A stretch of DNA of 64,000 bases from an uncultured Candidatus Saccharibacteria bacterium (GCA_964456235.1 CAYWDX010000002.1:142061-206060), one strand, 5' to 3'; shown: positions 35,406 to 45,033, numbered from the stretch's first letter. Notes: a model not told the origin generated them from the letters alone. Made by a program: numbers and translations.

Positions 35406-37697
35406 ATGATGTTCGGCCGGCATGGGTTCAGCGAGGTGCGAAAAAGGGATGGGCGGGTTGTTACGTTTGACCAAACCAAGATCACGAATGCGATCGCTAA
35501 AGCGATGCATGTGACGGGCGAAGCCAAATCGCACGAGGATGCACAGAAAGTTTCGGAGCAGGTGGTGGTTGCGCTCTCAAAAAGATTCCCCAAGGAGCAC
35601 ATTCCGACGATTGAGGAGGTCCAAGACATCGTCGAATCGCAGCTGATCCTCATGGACTACGCAAAAACGGCGAAGGCGTACATTTTGTACCGCGCCGACC
35701 GCGCCGAGATCCGCGAAAAGAAGCGCGAGATCCCCGCGCGCGTAAAACAACTCGCCGAAGAGAGTAAAAAATATTTCCGCAACCAACTCGCGGAGTTTGT
35801 GTACTACCGCACCTATGCCAATTGGATTCCCGAAGAAGGCCGCCGCGAAACTTGGATTGAAACCGTGGATCGCTATATGAGTTTCATGCGCGAGAACCTC
35901 GGGAGCAAATTGACCGAAGCAGAATACAACGAAGTGCGCGAAGGAATTTTGCGCCAGGAAGCGATGCCTTCGATGCGCCTCATGCAATTTGCCGGCAAGG
36001 CGGCGCGCAAAACAAATGTGGCGGCATACAACTGTTCGTACATCGCTCCGCAAAAATTAGAGGACTTCGCCGAGATTATGTACGTCTCGATGTGCGGCAC
36101 TGGCGCGGGATTCTCGGTAGAAAGTTCGAACGTGCAGAAATTGCCGCAGATCAAAAAACAAACTGGCAAGAAACTCGACACATTCGTCATCCCCGACAGC
36201 AAAGAAGGATGGTGCGACTCGCTCACGCTCGGTTTGAAAACCTGGTTTGACGGCAAAGATATTGAATTCGATTTCTCGCAGCTCCGCCCCGCAGGCGCTC
36301 GCTTGATGACGATGGGCGGCAAGAGTTCCGGCCCCGATCCCCTCCGCTCACTGCTCGCCTTTGCCCGCAACAAAATCATTTCCCGCCAGGGCCGGCGACT
36401 CTCCAATGTAGATGTGCACGATATTTGCTGCAAAGTCGGCGAAATCGTGGTTGCGGGAGGCGTCCGCCGCAGTGCGATGATCTCGCTTTCCGATCTCGAT
36501 GACGTCGAAATGCGCACGGCAAAGACCGGCCAGTTCTGGATGACGGAACCGCAGCGCGCGATGGCGAACAATTCGGCGGTCTACAGCGAAAAGCCGAACT
36601 CAACGACCTTTATGGAAGAATGGCTTTCGCTTGCGAAGAGTCGGACCGGCGAGCGCGGCATTTTCAATCGCGATGGCCTTTCAAAACAAATTCCGGAGCG
36701 ACGCATAAAAGCGCTCCGCGGCGACACGTCGCGCATCGGCACGAATCCGTGCGGCGAAATTCTTTTGCAGTCGAAACAATTCTGCAATCTCTCTGAAGTG
36801 GTAGCGCGCGCGGAAGACACGACGGAATCACTCTTGAGAAAAACGCGCCTCGCGACCATCCTCGGCACGTACCAGTCGACGCTCACGAACTTCCCCTATC
36901 TTTCAAAAGAGTGGCGCGAGAATTGCGAGAAGGAACGATTGCTCGGCGTTTCCATCACCGGCCAGTGGGATTGCCCCGCCGTGCGTAACGACGACATGCT
37001 CACGAAGATGCGCGAGCTTGCGATCAGCGTCAATCAGGAATATGCAAAGCGGTTTGGCGTGAACGCTTCGACCTCGATTACCTGCGTGAAGCCGTCGGGC
37101 ACCGTGTCGCAAACCGTTGACGCGGCATCCGGCATGCACCCGCGCCACGCGAAATACTATATCCGCCGCGTGCGCATCTCGGCGACCGACGGACTCTTCC
37201 AGATGATGAAGGACCAGAAGATGCAATACTTCCCGGAAGTTGGCCAATCGCTTTCCGCCGCGAGCACCTATGTGTTGGAATTCCCCGTGAAGGCGCCGGA
37301 TGGCGCGGTGACGAAAGACGATCTTCCCGCGCTCGCCCAGCTCGAACATTGGAAGCGCGTGAAGACGAATTTCACCGAACACAATCCATCCGTGACGGTT
37401 TCGATCGGCGACAACGAATGGGTGGGGGTCGCGAACTGGATCTACGAGAACTGGGACATGGTGGGCGGGCTTTCCTTCCTCCCCCGCGAAGACCACGCCT
37501 ACCTGCTTGCCCCGTATGAAGAGATTAATAAAGAGCGCTACGAAGCCATGTCAGCGAAAATGCCCGCGATCGACTTCTCGCAGATTCTCCTCTATGAAAA
37601 GGAAGATATGACTGACGTGAAGAAAGAGCTCGCTTGCGTGGGCGGCGTGTGCGAGATCGAAGACGTGGCGGCCACGACTGAAGTAACTACCAAATAA
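35406..37697 (+). CDS. nrdJ: class II ribonucleotide reductase (adenosylcobalamin-dependent), with N-terminal ATP-cone
   Basis: ATP-cone RVVTFDQTKITNAIAKA; RNR core motifs NPCGEI and CNLSEV; C-terminal CVGGVCEIED Cys pair. Confidence 0.85.
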   Translation: MMFGRHGFSEVRKRDGRVVTFDQTKITNAIAKAMHVTGEAKSHEDAQKVSEQVVVALSKRFPKEHIPTIEEVQDIVESQLILMDYAKTAKAYILYRADRAEIREKKREIPARVKQLAEESKKYFRNQLAEFVYYRTYANWIPEEGRRETWIETVDRYMSFMRENLGSKLTEAEYNEVREGILRQEAMPSMRLMQFAGKAARKTNVAAYNCSYIAPQKLEDFAEIMYVSMCGTGAGFSVESSNVQKLPQIKKQTGKKLDTFVIPDSKEGWCDSLTLGLKTWFDGKDIEFDFSQLRPAGARLMTMGGKSSGPDPLRSLLAFARNKIISRQGRRLSNVDVHDICCKVGEIVVAGGVRRSAMISLSDLDDVEMRTAKTGQFWMTEPQRAMANNSAVYSEKPNSTTFMEEWLSLAKSRTGERGIFNRDGLSKQIPERRIKALRGDTSRIGTNPCGEILLQSKQFCNLSEVVARAEDTTESLLRKTRLATILGTYQSTLTNFPYLSKEWRENCEKERLLGVSITGQWDCPAVRNDDMLTKMRELAISVNQEYAKRFGVNASTSITCVKPSGTVSQTVDAASGMHPRHAKYYIRRVRISATDGLFQMMKDQKMQYFPEVGQSLSAASTYVLEFPVKAPDGAVTKDDLPALAQLEHWKRVKTNFTEHNPSVTVSIGDNEWVGVANWIYENWDMVGGLSFLPREDHAYLLAPYEEINKERYEAMSAKMPAIDFSQILLYEKEDMTDVKKELACVGGVCEIEDVAATTEVTTK

Positions 37698-38262
37698 ACG
37701 GGATGAGGCGCTTGGTACGCGCCCGATAGCCAGGATGTTCTGATGGGAATTGCTGCGCCATAATCGCGTCCTCGTTATACGTTCGGATAATAAAAGCGGT
37801 GACGCCGCAGATGAAGCCGAGGTAGGCGGTGAGCGTGCCGATGAGAAGGGCAGTGCCAAAGAGGGCGAAGGCCATCCCGGTGTAAATAGGGTGGCGAACC
37901 AGTGCATAGGGCCCGCGCTGAACGAGCGCGGGGTTCTCCTTGACGGCGATCATGCCCGACCAGTTGCGGCCGAGGATGATGCGCGCCCAAATGGCGAAAG
38001 CGATGCCGCAAAGATCAATCAGAAGGCCGATCACGCCAAGGGGCAGCGTCTTCGGCGTCAGCTGAATAAGATGCGGGGGCGGAGGCGTTCCGGCGTTTGA
38101 AAAAATGAAAGTGATTGCGAGCATGATCAGGATGGTCGCGATCACCTGGGCCGCGGTGCGCTCAACGCGCACATTTTTCTTCGCCGTAACATATCCGGGC
38201 AGCCAAACCAAAAGCAAGAGCAGCCACGAATAAAATGCGATGTCGGTATACGTGAGCGGCAT
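37687..38262 (-). CDS. isoprenylcysteine carboxyl methyltransferase (ICMT)/PEMT-family membrane methyltransferase
   Basis: Polytopic, with RHPIYTG...FGTALL and EEDAIMAQQFP-type C-terminal motifs. Confidence 0.6.
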   Translation of the reverse strand: MPLTYTDIAFYSWLLLLLVWLPGYVTAKKNVRVERTAAQVIATILIMLAITFIFSNAGTPPPPHLIQLTPKTLPLGVIGLLIDLCGIAFAIWARIILGRNWSGMIAVKENPALVQRGPYALVRHPIYTGMAFALFGTALLIGTLTAYLGFICGVTAFIIRTYNEDAIMAQQFPSEHPGYRARTKRLIPFIW

Positions 38263-38271
38263 GCCCCGATC

Positions 38272-38805
38272 TCAAAGTGCGCCGAGCGAGTTCCCGATGA
38301 GCTCGTACTGTTTCCCGTTCAATGCGACGAGATCGTTTGCGATCGTGTGTGAGCTCGCGGCAAAACTTGCGCCAAGCGGCAGTTCGGCAATATCGAACAT
38401 AATGCCGCCCTGATTCAGCATCGCAACGAGAAAATAATTGGCGCTGCCCAGGGGTGTTATCTTTTTTACGACAACCGCAGCATCGTCAACGCCATCGTGG
38501 TTCAAATCACCAAACGAAGTGTCTTCTTGCATAAGCTGGACCGAGCTGCCGAGGCGCACCCACTTCCCGCTCGCGTCGCGGTACGGCGCGTTCAAAAGAT
38601 CATTCATGTTGGGCCACCTGCCATTATTTTCTACGACGGGGAAACCAACCGGCGCCATCGCCTGCGTGGCGATTTGGACTGCATTGCCAGCGACGTTCAC
38701 GACGGCCTGGGCCGTAGCAGGCACGATCGCGCTGCCCGCGCCTCGGACGCCCGTCAAAAGAAGGGTCGCGGCCTGCAAAAGCGATGCAAGAGCGGCTAGA
38801 TTCAT
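38272..38805 (-). CDS. hypothetical secreted protein
   Basis: Start at MNLAALASLLQAATLLLTGVRGAGSA (signal peptide). Contains DLNHDGVDD. Confidence 0.45.
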   Translation of the reverse strand: MNLAALASLLQAATLLLTGVRGAGSAIVPATAQAVVNVAGNAVQIATQAMAPVGFPVVENNGRWPNMNDLLNAPYRDASGKWVRLGSSVQLMQEDTSFGDLNHDGVDDAAVVVKKITPLGSANYFLVAMLNQGGIMFDIAELPLGASFAASSHTIANDLVALNGKQYELIGNSLGAL

Positions 38806-38869
38806 ACGCGTAACTATATCACAAAAAGAACGCCCCGCCGAAATTCGACGGGGCACATGGCGCGCGCCA

Positions 38870-39934
38870 TTACTCTCGCTTGCGCCAGTAACGGGTAAAG
38901 TTGTGGTCGCCGTAACGACGGAAGCTCAACTCTTCGTACTCGAAAGAAGGTTGCGCATCCGGCGGCAGCGCGACGTCGGGATCCGAAAAAGCCATTTGCG
39001 GGAAAAAATTCAGCTCTCTCCCCTCGAAGATCCGCTTGCGCGGATTCCCTTTTCCGTCTTTTCCGTACGCCAAACGCGGCGCCGTGGTGACCAAGATCTC
39101 ATCCATGAGATCCTTCTTGAGGAAGTCGCCGATCGTGCTCGGCCCACCCTCCGCCATCACATAGTCCACCTTAAAGTCGCGCTTCAGGGTTTCAAGCGCG
39201 AACCGAGGCAGGTCGCCGCGCTCACCGGTGAAGGTGACGATGTTCGTGTTCGCAAAGCCATCCCTACTCTTCGTCATCGCCTCGAGCTTCTTCGCTCCTT
39301 CGGGAGTCGTGAAGATCACGATGCGCTGGCCCTTGAGATCAAAGATCGCCGCGTCCTCGGGCAACTCACCGCTTCCCGAAAAAATAGCGATCATCGGATG
39401 GCGTTCGCCCTTGTTTTTGAGGCGCCAATCGGCAAGCTCGGGATCCTCGACGGTGACGGCAAAACCATTAACCGGTTCGCCATCAATCCGAAAATCCAAT
39501 TTGCCGTTTGCGATGCTCTTTTTGAACTCGCGGTCTTCGGCGCGAACCGTTTCCGCCCCAAGGAGGACCGCGTCCGCATGCGTGCGGCCGATATCCATCA
39601 CCCAGCGATCGGCGGCGAGCAGTGAAAGCGCCCCGCCGCCGGAGTATCCCTCGATGCCGTAGCTTCCCACGCCGTCGATCGACGAGACGAAATTCGTCAT
39701 CGCGATGCTGCGGTCCGGGCGCGGCTCCTGCATCCTTACCTCGCCCCAAAGCCGCAAAACTTTTTCGGCCGTAGGAACGACCACGCCGAGCGTGCGGTCA
39801 GGAAGAGCCTCAAAAGGATGGAGGCCTTCCCAATAATTCTTGCCCTCGTCTTGCGCCTCCATAGCTTTGGCCACCTTTCCCCCTCTATGAAATTTATCCG
39901 CCTCGTCTTTCATGAGTTGTAAATTTGACTCCAT
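38870..39934 (-). CDS. RibD C-terminal-domain/DHFR-like reductase family protein
   Basis: ...AVLLGAETVRAEDREF...RHPMIAIFSGSGELP...DYVMAEGGPSTIGDFLKKDLMDEILVTTAPRL... resembles the RibD_C (pyrimidine reductase/DHFR-like) fold. Start chosen at MESNLQLM. Confidence 0.45.
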   Translation of the reverse strand: MESNLQLMKDEADKFHRGGKVAKAMEAQDEGKNYWEGLHPFEALPDRTLGVVVPTAEKVLRLWGEVRMQEPRPDRSIAMTNFVSSIDGVGSYGIEGYSGGGALSLLAADRWVMDIGRTHADAVLLGAETVRAEDREFKKSIANGKLDFRIDGEPVNGFAVTVEDPELADWRLKNKGERHPMIAIFSGSGELPEDAAIFDLKGQRIVIFTTPEGAKKLEAMTKSRDGFANTNIVTFTGERGDLPRFALETLKRDFKVDYVMAEGGPSTIGDFLKKDLMDEILVTTAPRLAYGKDGKGNPRKRIFEGRELNFFPQMAFSDPDVALPPDAQPSFEYEELSFRRYGDHNFTRYWRKRE

Positions 39935-39994
39935 AAGGAGTGTAAATGAACACCTTTTGAAAGGCAACCTCGCGGGTGATGGTTCGGGAATAGA

Positions 39995-40294
39995 TTACCA
40001 AGCCCGGTAGATTTCGCGGCTGCCGGTCAAATACATGTCGGTGTATCCCTCCATCTTCTTCATGGACTCTTTCATTTCGGGCGTCGGGTTCATGTACATC
40101 TCAAAACTTTTTTCGTAGGCCGCGAGATTTTCGAACTGCGAAACCATGACGACGCGGTTGTACTGGCCGGTCATGTCGGTCATGATGACGTTCTTTTCCG
40201 CGCCCGGCATTGCCTTCATTGATTCTTTAAAAAGCTTCGCGAGTTTCGAAGCGTTGCCCGGCTTGCAAACGAAAATGTCGTGGACGATGATCAT
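39995..40294 (-). CDS. hypothetical small protein (99 aa)
   Basis: Clean ORF with protein-like composition. No family recognised. Confidence 0.4.
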   Translation of the reverse strand: MIIVHDIFVCKPGNASKLAKLFKESMKAMPGAEKNVIMTDMTGQYNRVVMVSQFENLAAYEKSFEMYMNPTPEMKESMKKMEGYTDMYLTGSREIYRAW

Positions 40295-40365
40295 TGGATT
40301 ATTATACTACATTATTATGGTTAGATGAGGCCGCCTTTAACGATCGGCTCGTGAATTTTTGAAAA

Positions 40366-40608
40366 TCACCTCACTCCGCTTCCAAAATCAGTCACCTTAA
40401 ACGCTTTTCCTCTGGTGTCGTAGGTAGTCCATTTGCCAACCTGCTTGCCGTTTTTAAAATAGCCGGAACGCATTTTAGATCCTCCTTTTCTGAACCATTC
40501 CCAATAACCCTCCGGCACGCTGTTCCTCATAGTTCCTTTCGCCCAGACGGTGCCGTTGTTGTGGTATTTGATGTATTTCTTTTGAGGAGATCTTTGTTTC
40601 ACAGGCAT
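40366..40608 (-). CDS. MORN-repeat (YwqK-like) small protein
   Basis: GTVWAKGTMRNSVPEGYWEWFRKGGSKMRSGYFKNGKQVGKWTTYD: tandem G-x-W/Y...NGK-x-G-x-W repeats. Confidence 0.45.
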   Translation of the reverse strand: MPVKQRSPQKKYIKYHNNGTVWAKGTMRNSVPEGYWEWFRKGGSKMRSGYFKNGKQVGKWTTYDTRGKAFKVTDFGSGVR

Positions 40609-40720
40609 AATACTATTTATACATGTGCAAATTATAACAGGCGCGAGCCGTCACTTGACAATAAACCACTTTGCCATTATAATACAATCTCCCAGCAGAA
40701 CCTTGTCATGGAGAATATAT

Positions 40721-40948
40721 ATGGCCTGCCCCAAATGCAACGACACTGGAGTCATTGAAACCGGGAATAACGATTTGCCTTGCGACTGCCCCGCAGCAGA
40801 CACCGTTCTTTTCAACCAGGCGGGCGTCAACGGCCCGGTGACGGGCAGCGAGGTAAAGCGGCACTTCCTGAACCATTCGCTGGAACCCATCATCCTGGGA
40901 CGCGAAGGAATTCCTGCTTCTTCGCTTCCCGGCAGACCCAAGAGCTAG
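40721..40948 (+). CDS. small Cys-rich (zinc-ribbon-like) protein
   Basis: MACPKCNDTGVIE...LPCDCP, with GGAG 9 nt upstream. Partly overlaps an antisense ORF, so uncertain. Confidence 0.3.
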   Translation: MACPKCNDTGVIETGNNDLPCDCPAADTVLFNQAGVNGPVTGSEVKRHFLNHSLEPIILGREGIPASSLPGRPKS

Positions 40949-40961
40949 CGGCAAGGGAAAA

Positions 40962-40996
40962 CAAAAGCCCCGGCACACGTCGGGGCTTTTTCTTTT
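40962..40996. terminator. bidirectional intrinsic terminator downstream of rpsI
   Basis: AAAAGCCCCG-gcacacgt-CGGGGC-TTTTTCTTTT. Confidence 0.75.
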
Positions 40997-41019
40997 GGCG
41001 ATTACTTTTCGATGTTCCC

Positions 41020-41568
41020 CTACCGCTTCGCCCACTGGGGCGCCCGGCGAGCTTTCCTTAAGCCGTACTTTTTGCGTTCCACCATGCGGGAGTCGCGGGT
41101 AAGGTAGCCCATCGCGCGGAGGCGCGATTTCCATTCGGGCGTGTGCAAGATAATCGCGCGGGAGATGCCGTGACGCACCGCTTCGGCCTGTGCCATGACG
41201 CCGCCGCCGACCACCTTCACCGTCACATCAAACTGTTTCAAAAGATTCATTTGCGAGAGCGGGGCCATCGCCGAAGAAACGAGGCGCGGCAAATTGAAGT
41301 AGTGCTTAAAATCCTTCCCGTTCACCGTCATCTTACCGCTGCCCGCAAAAAGGCGGACGCGCGCGATAGCGGTCTTGCGGCGGCCAACTGCTTCGCGATA
41401 CCGTTCGGCCTTCCCCTGAGCGGCGGGCGCGGTGTGCGCCGCAGACGCTCCGTGCCCTGAAGCGCGGGGTTTGTGGCCGGTTGCGTGCGAAGTATTCGCC
41501 GTCGCGCGGTGCGCGGGCGCGTGCGGCGCGGCATGCTTTTTGGTTTCGTGTTTTGTTTCGGATGACAT
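41020..41568 (-). CDS. rpsI: 30S ribosomal protein S9 with ~55-aa His/Ala-rich N-terminal extension
   Basis: C-terminal 130 aa is canonical S9 (...GRRKTAIARV...GGGVMAQAEAVRHGISRAI...KYGLRKARRAPQWAKR). N-terminal 55 aa is low-complexity (HAAPHAPAHRATANTSHATGHKPRASGHGASAAH). Confidence 0.85.
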   Translation of the reverse strand: MSSETKHETKKHAAPHAPAHRATANTSHATGHKPRASGHGASAAHTAPAAQGKAERYREAVGRRKTAIARVRLFAGSGKMTVNGKDFKHYFNLPRLVSSAMAPLSQMNLLKQFDVTVKVVGGGVMAQAEAVRHGISRAIILHTPEWKSRLRAMGYLTRDSRMVERKKYGLRKARRAPQWAKR

Positions 41569-41583
41569 AAATTCGGTGCGTTG

Positions 41584-41937
41584 TTATTCTTCGCTATTTT
41601 CAACAAACACCAGATTTTTAATCCGCTTCTGGTTCAAAAAGTTTTTCGGGAGCATTTTGCGGACCGCTTGGCGCAGCACCGACTTCGGATCCTTCGCAAA
41701 TTTCTGCTCGAAGGTAAGTTCTTTAAGGTGGCCGACATACCCGGTGTGGCGGTAATAAATTTTTTGCGTCGCCTTATCCCCTGTCACCTTGATGTCGCGA
41801 TAGTTCTTCACCAACACGCGGTCATTCGAAACGCGGTTCGGCTGGAAGGATGCGCTCTTTTTCCCCTGAAGGATGTAAGCGATCTCCGAGGCCACGCGGC
41901 CGAGCACTTTATTTTTTGCATCAATACGATGTTCCAT
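41584..41937 (-). CDS. rplM: 50S ribosomal protein L13 (short form)
   Basis: IDAKNKVLGRVASEIAYILQGK...NYRDIKVTGDKATQKIYYRHTGY. Confidence 0.85.
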   Translation of the reverse strand: MEHRIDAKNKVLGRVASEIAYILQGKKSASFQPNRVSNDRVLVKNYRDIKVTGDKATQKIYYRHTGYVGHLKELTFEQKFAKDPKSVLRQAVRKMLPKNFLNQKRIKNLVFVENSEE

Positions 41938-41960
41938 GGTACTTGTTCGTCTCCAAGAAT

Positions 41961-42314
41961 TTATACAAATTCGACGCGGGCCATGCGGGCGCCGTCGCGC
42001 TTGCGGGTTTTTGCGAGCTTGGTGATCCGGAGATACCCACCGGCGCGTTCGGTATAGCGCGGACCGAGGTCGTGATAAAGTTTCTCGACCACTTTTTCGT
42101 TGTGCACGCGGCTCTGGAGTTCGCGGCGCGCGGCAAGCGTCTGTTTTTTTGCAAACGTCACCAAGCGCTCAACGATCGGACGGATCGCCTTCGCGCGCGT
42201 CTCGGTCGTCTCAATCTTCCCGGCGCGAATAAGGTCGTTCGAAAGGTTTCTTAAAAAAGAAATCCGCGGTCCACGCAAACGATTAAATTTCTTGCCTTTT
42301 TTGAGATGTCTCAT
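41961..42314 (-). CDS. rplQ: 50S ribosomal protein L17
   Basis: MRHLKKGKKFNRLRGPRISFLRNLSNDLIRAGKIETTETRAKAIRPIVERLVT. Confidence 0.9.
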   Translation of the reverse strand: MRHLKKGKKFNRLRGPRISFLRNLSNDLIRAGKIETTETRAKAIRPIVERLVTFAKKQTLAARRELQSRVHNEKVVEKLYHDLGPRYTERAGGYLRITKLAKTRKRDGARMARVEFV

Positions 42315-42334
42315 CGCGCGTAATAATAGTGGAA

Positions 42335-43153
42335 CTAGGCTGCTTCTGCAACTTCCCCTTCGTTTTCAGCTTCCGCCTTCTTCGCTTTTGTCGCGCGCTT
42401 CTTCGCACCTGCCGCGCTCGAAGATTTTGCCGGCGCTTTCGTCGCCTCAAATTCCTGGACCGGAACCTCGCTCACCTTTCCAAAGTGGTCCTTCAAAATA
42501 TTCGCCGCCTTGTGGAGCGCCGAAGACGGGCTGATCGTGCCGTCGGTTTCCACCTCGAGGCGAAGACGGTTATAGTCGGTGCGGTCGCCCACGCGCATGT
42601 CTTCTACTGAATAATTCACGCGCGTGACCGGCGTGAAGATTGCGTCTATCGCGATCGTGCCGATCGGCAAGCGGCCCTCCGCTTTGCGCGCCTCAACCGG
42701 CGCGTAACCAAGCCCGCGCTCAACTTTCACTTCGATGTCGAGTTCAGCGCCCTTCTCGGTCAACGTCGCGAGCGTTTCGCCCGGATTCATAATCTCCACG
42801 CTGCTGTTCAGCTCGATGTCGCCGCCCATGACGGACTTTTCGCCCTTCACTTTCAACGCGAGGACCTGCGGCTCGTCAACGTGCAAGCGGAAGCGGAGCT
42901 TTTTGAAATTCAGAGCAAGCTCCACGATGTCTTCCTTCACGCCCGGCAGCGTCGAAAATTCGTGCGGGACGCCTTTGATTTTGATTTCCGTCACCGCGGC
43001 GCCCGGCAATGAGGAAAGAAGCGCGCGGCGCAACGCGTTCCCGACCGTGAGGCCGTACCCCGCAAACAATCCTTCCACTTCAAAAACCCCCTTCGTTGCC
43101 TCTTCGGAAACGGTTTTGATGGAGACGGTTGAGCTCAAGTATGCGTATTCCAT
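42335..43153 (-). CDS. rpoA: DNA-directed RNA polymerase alpha subunit, N-terminal domain only (no recognisable αCTD)
   Basis: GYGLTVGNALRRALLSSLPGAAV (alpha NTD). The 272-aa protein ends in a Lys/Ala/Glu-rich tail (ATKAPAKSSSAAGAKKRATKAKKAEAENEGEVAEAA) in place of the ~90-aa C-terminal domain. Confidence 0.85.
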   Translation of the reverse strand: MEYAYLSSTVSIKTVSEEATKGVFEVEGLFAGYGLTVGNALRRALLSSLPGAAVTEIKIKGVPHEFSTLPGVKEDIVELALNFKKLRFRLHVDEPQVLALKVKGEKSVMGGDIELNSSVEIMNPGETLATLTEKGAELDIEVKVERGLGYAPVEARKAEGRLPIGTIAIDAIFTPVTRVNYSVEDMRVGDRTDYNRLRLEVETDGTISPSSALHKAANILKDHFGKVSEVPVQEFEATKAPAKSSSAAGAKKRATKAKKAEAENEGEVAEAA

Positions 43154-43173
43154 TGGTTTTGTTGTTTGGTGGT

Positions 43174-43794
43174 TTATTTTGAGAATGATTCGACTAAGAG
43201 TTTGACATCAAAGGGGATATCGGGAGTTTCTGGCGGAGAAAGCACTTGGCCTTCCATTTTCTCCGGATGAAGTGCGAGCCAGGGCGGCGCATCGAAATCT
43301 TTGAGCAGTTCGCGCCGCTTCACGATCGCCTGCTTCGTTTCGGATCCCTCGCGAATGCCGATCACGTCGCCTTTCTTCACGCAGAAGCTTGGCGAAGTTG
43401 TTTTGCGCTTGTTCACGGTAATGTGCCCGTGCCGCACAATCTGGCGCGCGGCTATGCGCGTCGGCGCAAATCCGAGGCGATACACGACGTTGTCGAGGCG
43501 GCGTTCTAAGAATTCCACCATCTTTGCGCCCGACCCCCCCTTCGCAGCAACCGCCATCGTAAACAAGCCCTTCAAATTGCGCTCATCAACGCCGTAGGTA
43601 AGTTTGAATTTGCGCTTTTCGCGGATCTGCAAACCAAATTCAGAAAGCGCCTTTGGCCGGCGGCCCTTCGGACCATGCACACCCGGCCGGTACGGTTTGC
43701 GCAACAGCGCCGACTTCGGCGACATGCCGCGCTCGCCCTTCAAGCCGAGGTTTTCGCCAAGGGCGCGCTGCTTTTTTTCCTTAGGACCCATCAT
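43174..43794 (-). CDS. rpsD: 30S ribosomal protein S4
   Basis: ...KLTYGVDERNLKGLF...RLDNVVYRLGFAPTRIAARQIVRHGHITVN.... Confidence 0.9.
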   Translation of the reverse strand: MMGPKEKKQRALGENLGLKGERGMSPKSALLRKPYRPGVHGPKGRRPKALSEFGLQIREKRKFKLTYGVDERNLKGLFTMAVAAKGGSGAKMVEFLERRLDNVVYRLGFAPTRIAARQIVRHGHITVNKRKTTSPSFCVKKGDVIGIREGSETKQAIVKRRELLKDFDAPPWLALHPEKMEGQVLSPPETPDIPFDVKLLVESFSK

Positions 43795-43858
43795 GGTTTT
43801 GTTGGTTAGAAAATTTTAGGAAAAATTTATCAGGATTTTAACTGGGATATGATAGCGT

Positions 43859-44311
43859 CTATACGCGGCGCACTTTGGGAGGGCGCGGACCATTGTGGGG
43901 CACCGGCGTCGCATCCTTAATAGAGAGAACGTTGAAACCGTGATTGGCAAGCGAGCGGATCGCCGAGTCGCGCCCGGATCCGATCCCCTTCACGATGACG
44001 TGCAAGTCCTGCGGCCCGGTCGCCTGGATCTTTTCCGCAATCGCGGCTATCACCTTTGAAGACGCAAATGGCGTCGCCTTTTTAGGACCCGAGAAGCCGA
44101 GCGAGCCGGCCGACGCCCACGTGAGGACGTTCCCCGTGAGATCCGTAATTGTGACGGTCGTGTTGTTATAGGTCGCGTTGATATAGGCGTTCCCCTGGTC
44201 CACCTTCTTGGATTTCCTGCCTGTTGCCGCTTTTGCGACCGCCGTTTCCACGCTCGCCTGCTCCTTGAGCGTCTTCTCGTCGGTTTGCGCTGTGACTTTT
44301 TTCTTTCCCAT
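43859..44311 (-). CDS. rpsK: 30S ribosomal protein S11
   Basis: ...AYINATYNNTTVTITDLTGNVLTWASAGSLGFSGPKKATPFAS.... Confidence 0.9.
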   Translation of the reverse strand: MGKKKVTAQTDEKTLKEQASVETAVAKAATGRKSKKVDQGNAYINATYNNTTVTITDLTGNVLTWASAGSLGFSGPKKATPFASSKVIAAIAEKIQATGPQDLHVIVKGIGSGRDSAIRSLANHGFNVLSIKDATPVPHNGPRPPKVRRV

Positions 44312-44325
44312 AAAATTAGATTGGG

Positions 44326-44709
44326 CTACTTGAGGTCAACCTTGCGTTTGCCGCTGCCCGCCGTCTTGCGGACGTTGCCGCGGACGGTGCGCGAGTTGGT
44401 GCGCGTGCGCTGGCCGCGGACCGGCAACCGGCGCAAATGGCGGAGGCCGCGATAGGCCTGCAGTTCTTTCAAGCGGTTGATGTTCGCGCGGATGCGTTGG
44501 CGCAACTCACCTTCGACCGGGAAATTCTTCTCGATAAAACCCTGGATGCGCGCGACTTCGTCGGCCGTGAGGTCTTTCGCGCGCTTGCTCAAGTCCACTT
44601 TTGCGGCGGTCAACGCCCGCACGCTCAAAACACGCCCGATGCCGTAGAGGTAGGTGAGCGAAATTTCGACTCGTTTATTGTCGGGGATGTTGACTCCAAA
44701 AATACGCAT
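44326..44709 (-). CDS. rpsM: 30S ribosomal protein S13
   Basis: MRIFGVNIPDNKRVEISLTYLYGIGR.... Confidence 0.9.
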   Translation of the reverse strand: MRIFGVNIPDNKRVEISLTYLYGIGRVLSVRALTAAKVDLSKRAKDLTADEVARIQGFIEKNFPVEGELRQRIRANINRLKELQAYRGLRHLRRLPVRGQRTRTNSRTVRGNVRKTAGSGKRKVDLK

Positions 44710-44711
44710 AA

Positions 44712-44825
44712 TTATCCTTGGCGCTGTTTATGTTTAGGGTTCTTGCAGAGGATATAAATTTTGCCACGGCGTTTCACCACCTGGCATTTCGCACAGATTT
44801 TTTTGACTGAACTACGCACTTTCAT
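44712..44825 (-). CDS. rpmJ: 50S ribosomal protein L36; not in the supplied ORF track (<60 aa)
   Basis: Minus-strand translation gives [37 protein letters not shown], the canonical L36 zinc-ribbon. Sits 2 nt upstream of rpsM. Confidence 0.8.
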   Translation of the reverse strand: MKVRSSVKKICAKCQVVKRRGKIYILCKNPKHKQRQG

Positions 44826-44829
44826 TTTT

Positions 44830-45033
44830 TTATAATCTCCGAACTATCCGCCCGCGGGTACCGTCGGGACTCATCTCAACGAGCACCCGGTCGCCAGGCA
44901 AAACGCGCACGTGGTGCAGTTTCATCTTCCCGGCAAGATGTGCGAGGATCGCATCATCAGCCCCCGCAAACTTCACGCGAAATAGTAAACCCGGCAAGGC
45001 TTCCAAAACAACTCCTTCCTTGCCGGTGTTCAT
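44830..45033 (-). CDS. infA: translation initiation factor IF-1
   Basis: [22 protein letters not shown]...[36 protein letters not shown]: S1-like OB fold of IF-1. Internal ATG chosen; a TATAAT lies 21 nt upstream. Confidence 0.8.
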   Translation of the reverse strand: MNTGKEGVVLEALPGLLFRVKFAGADDAILAHLAGKMKLHHVRVLPGDRVLVEMSPDGTRGRIVRRL

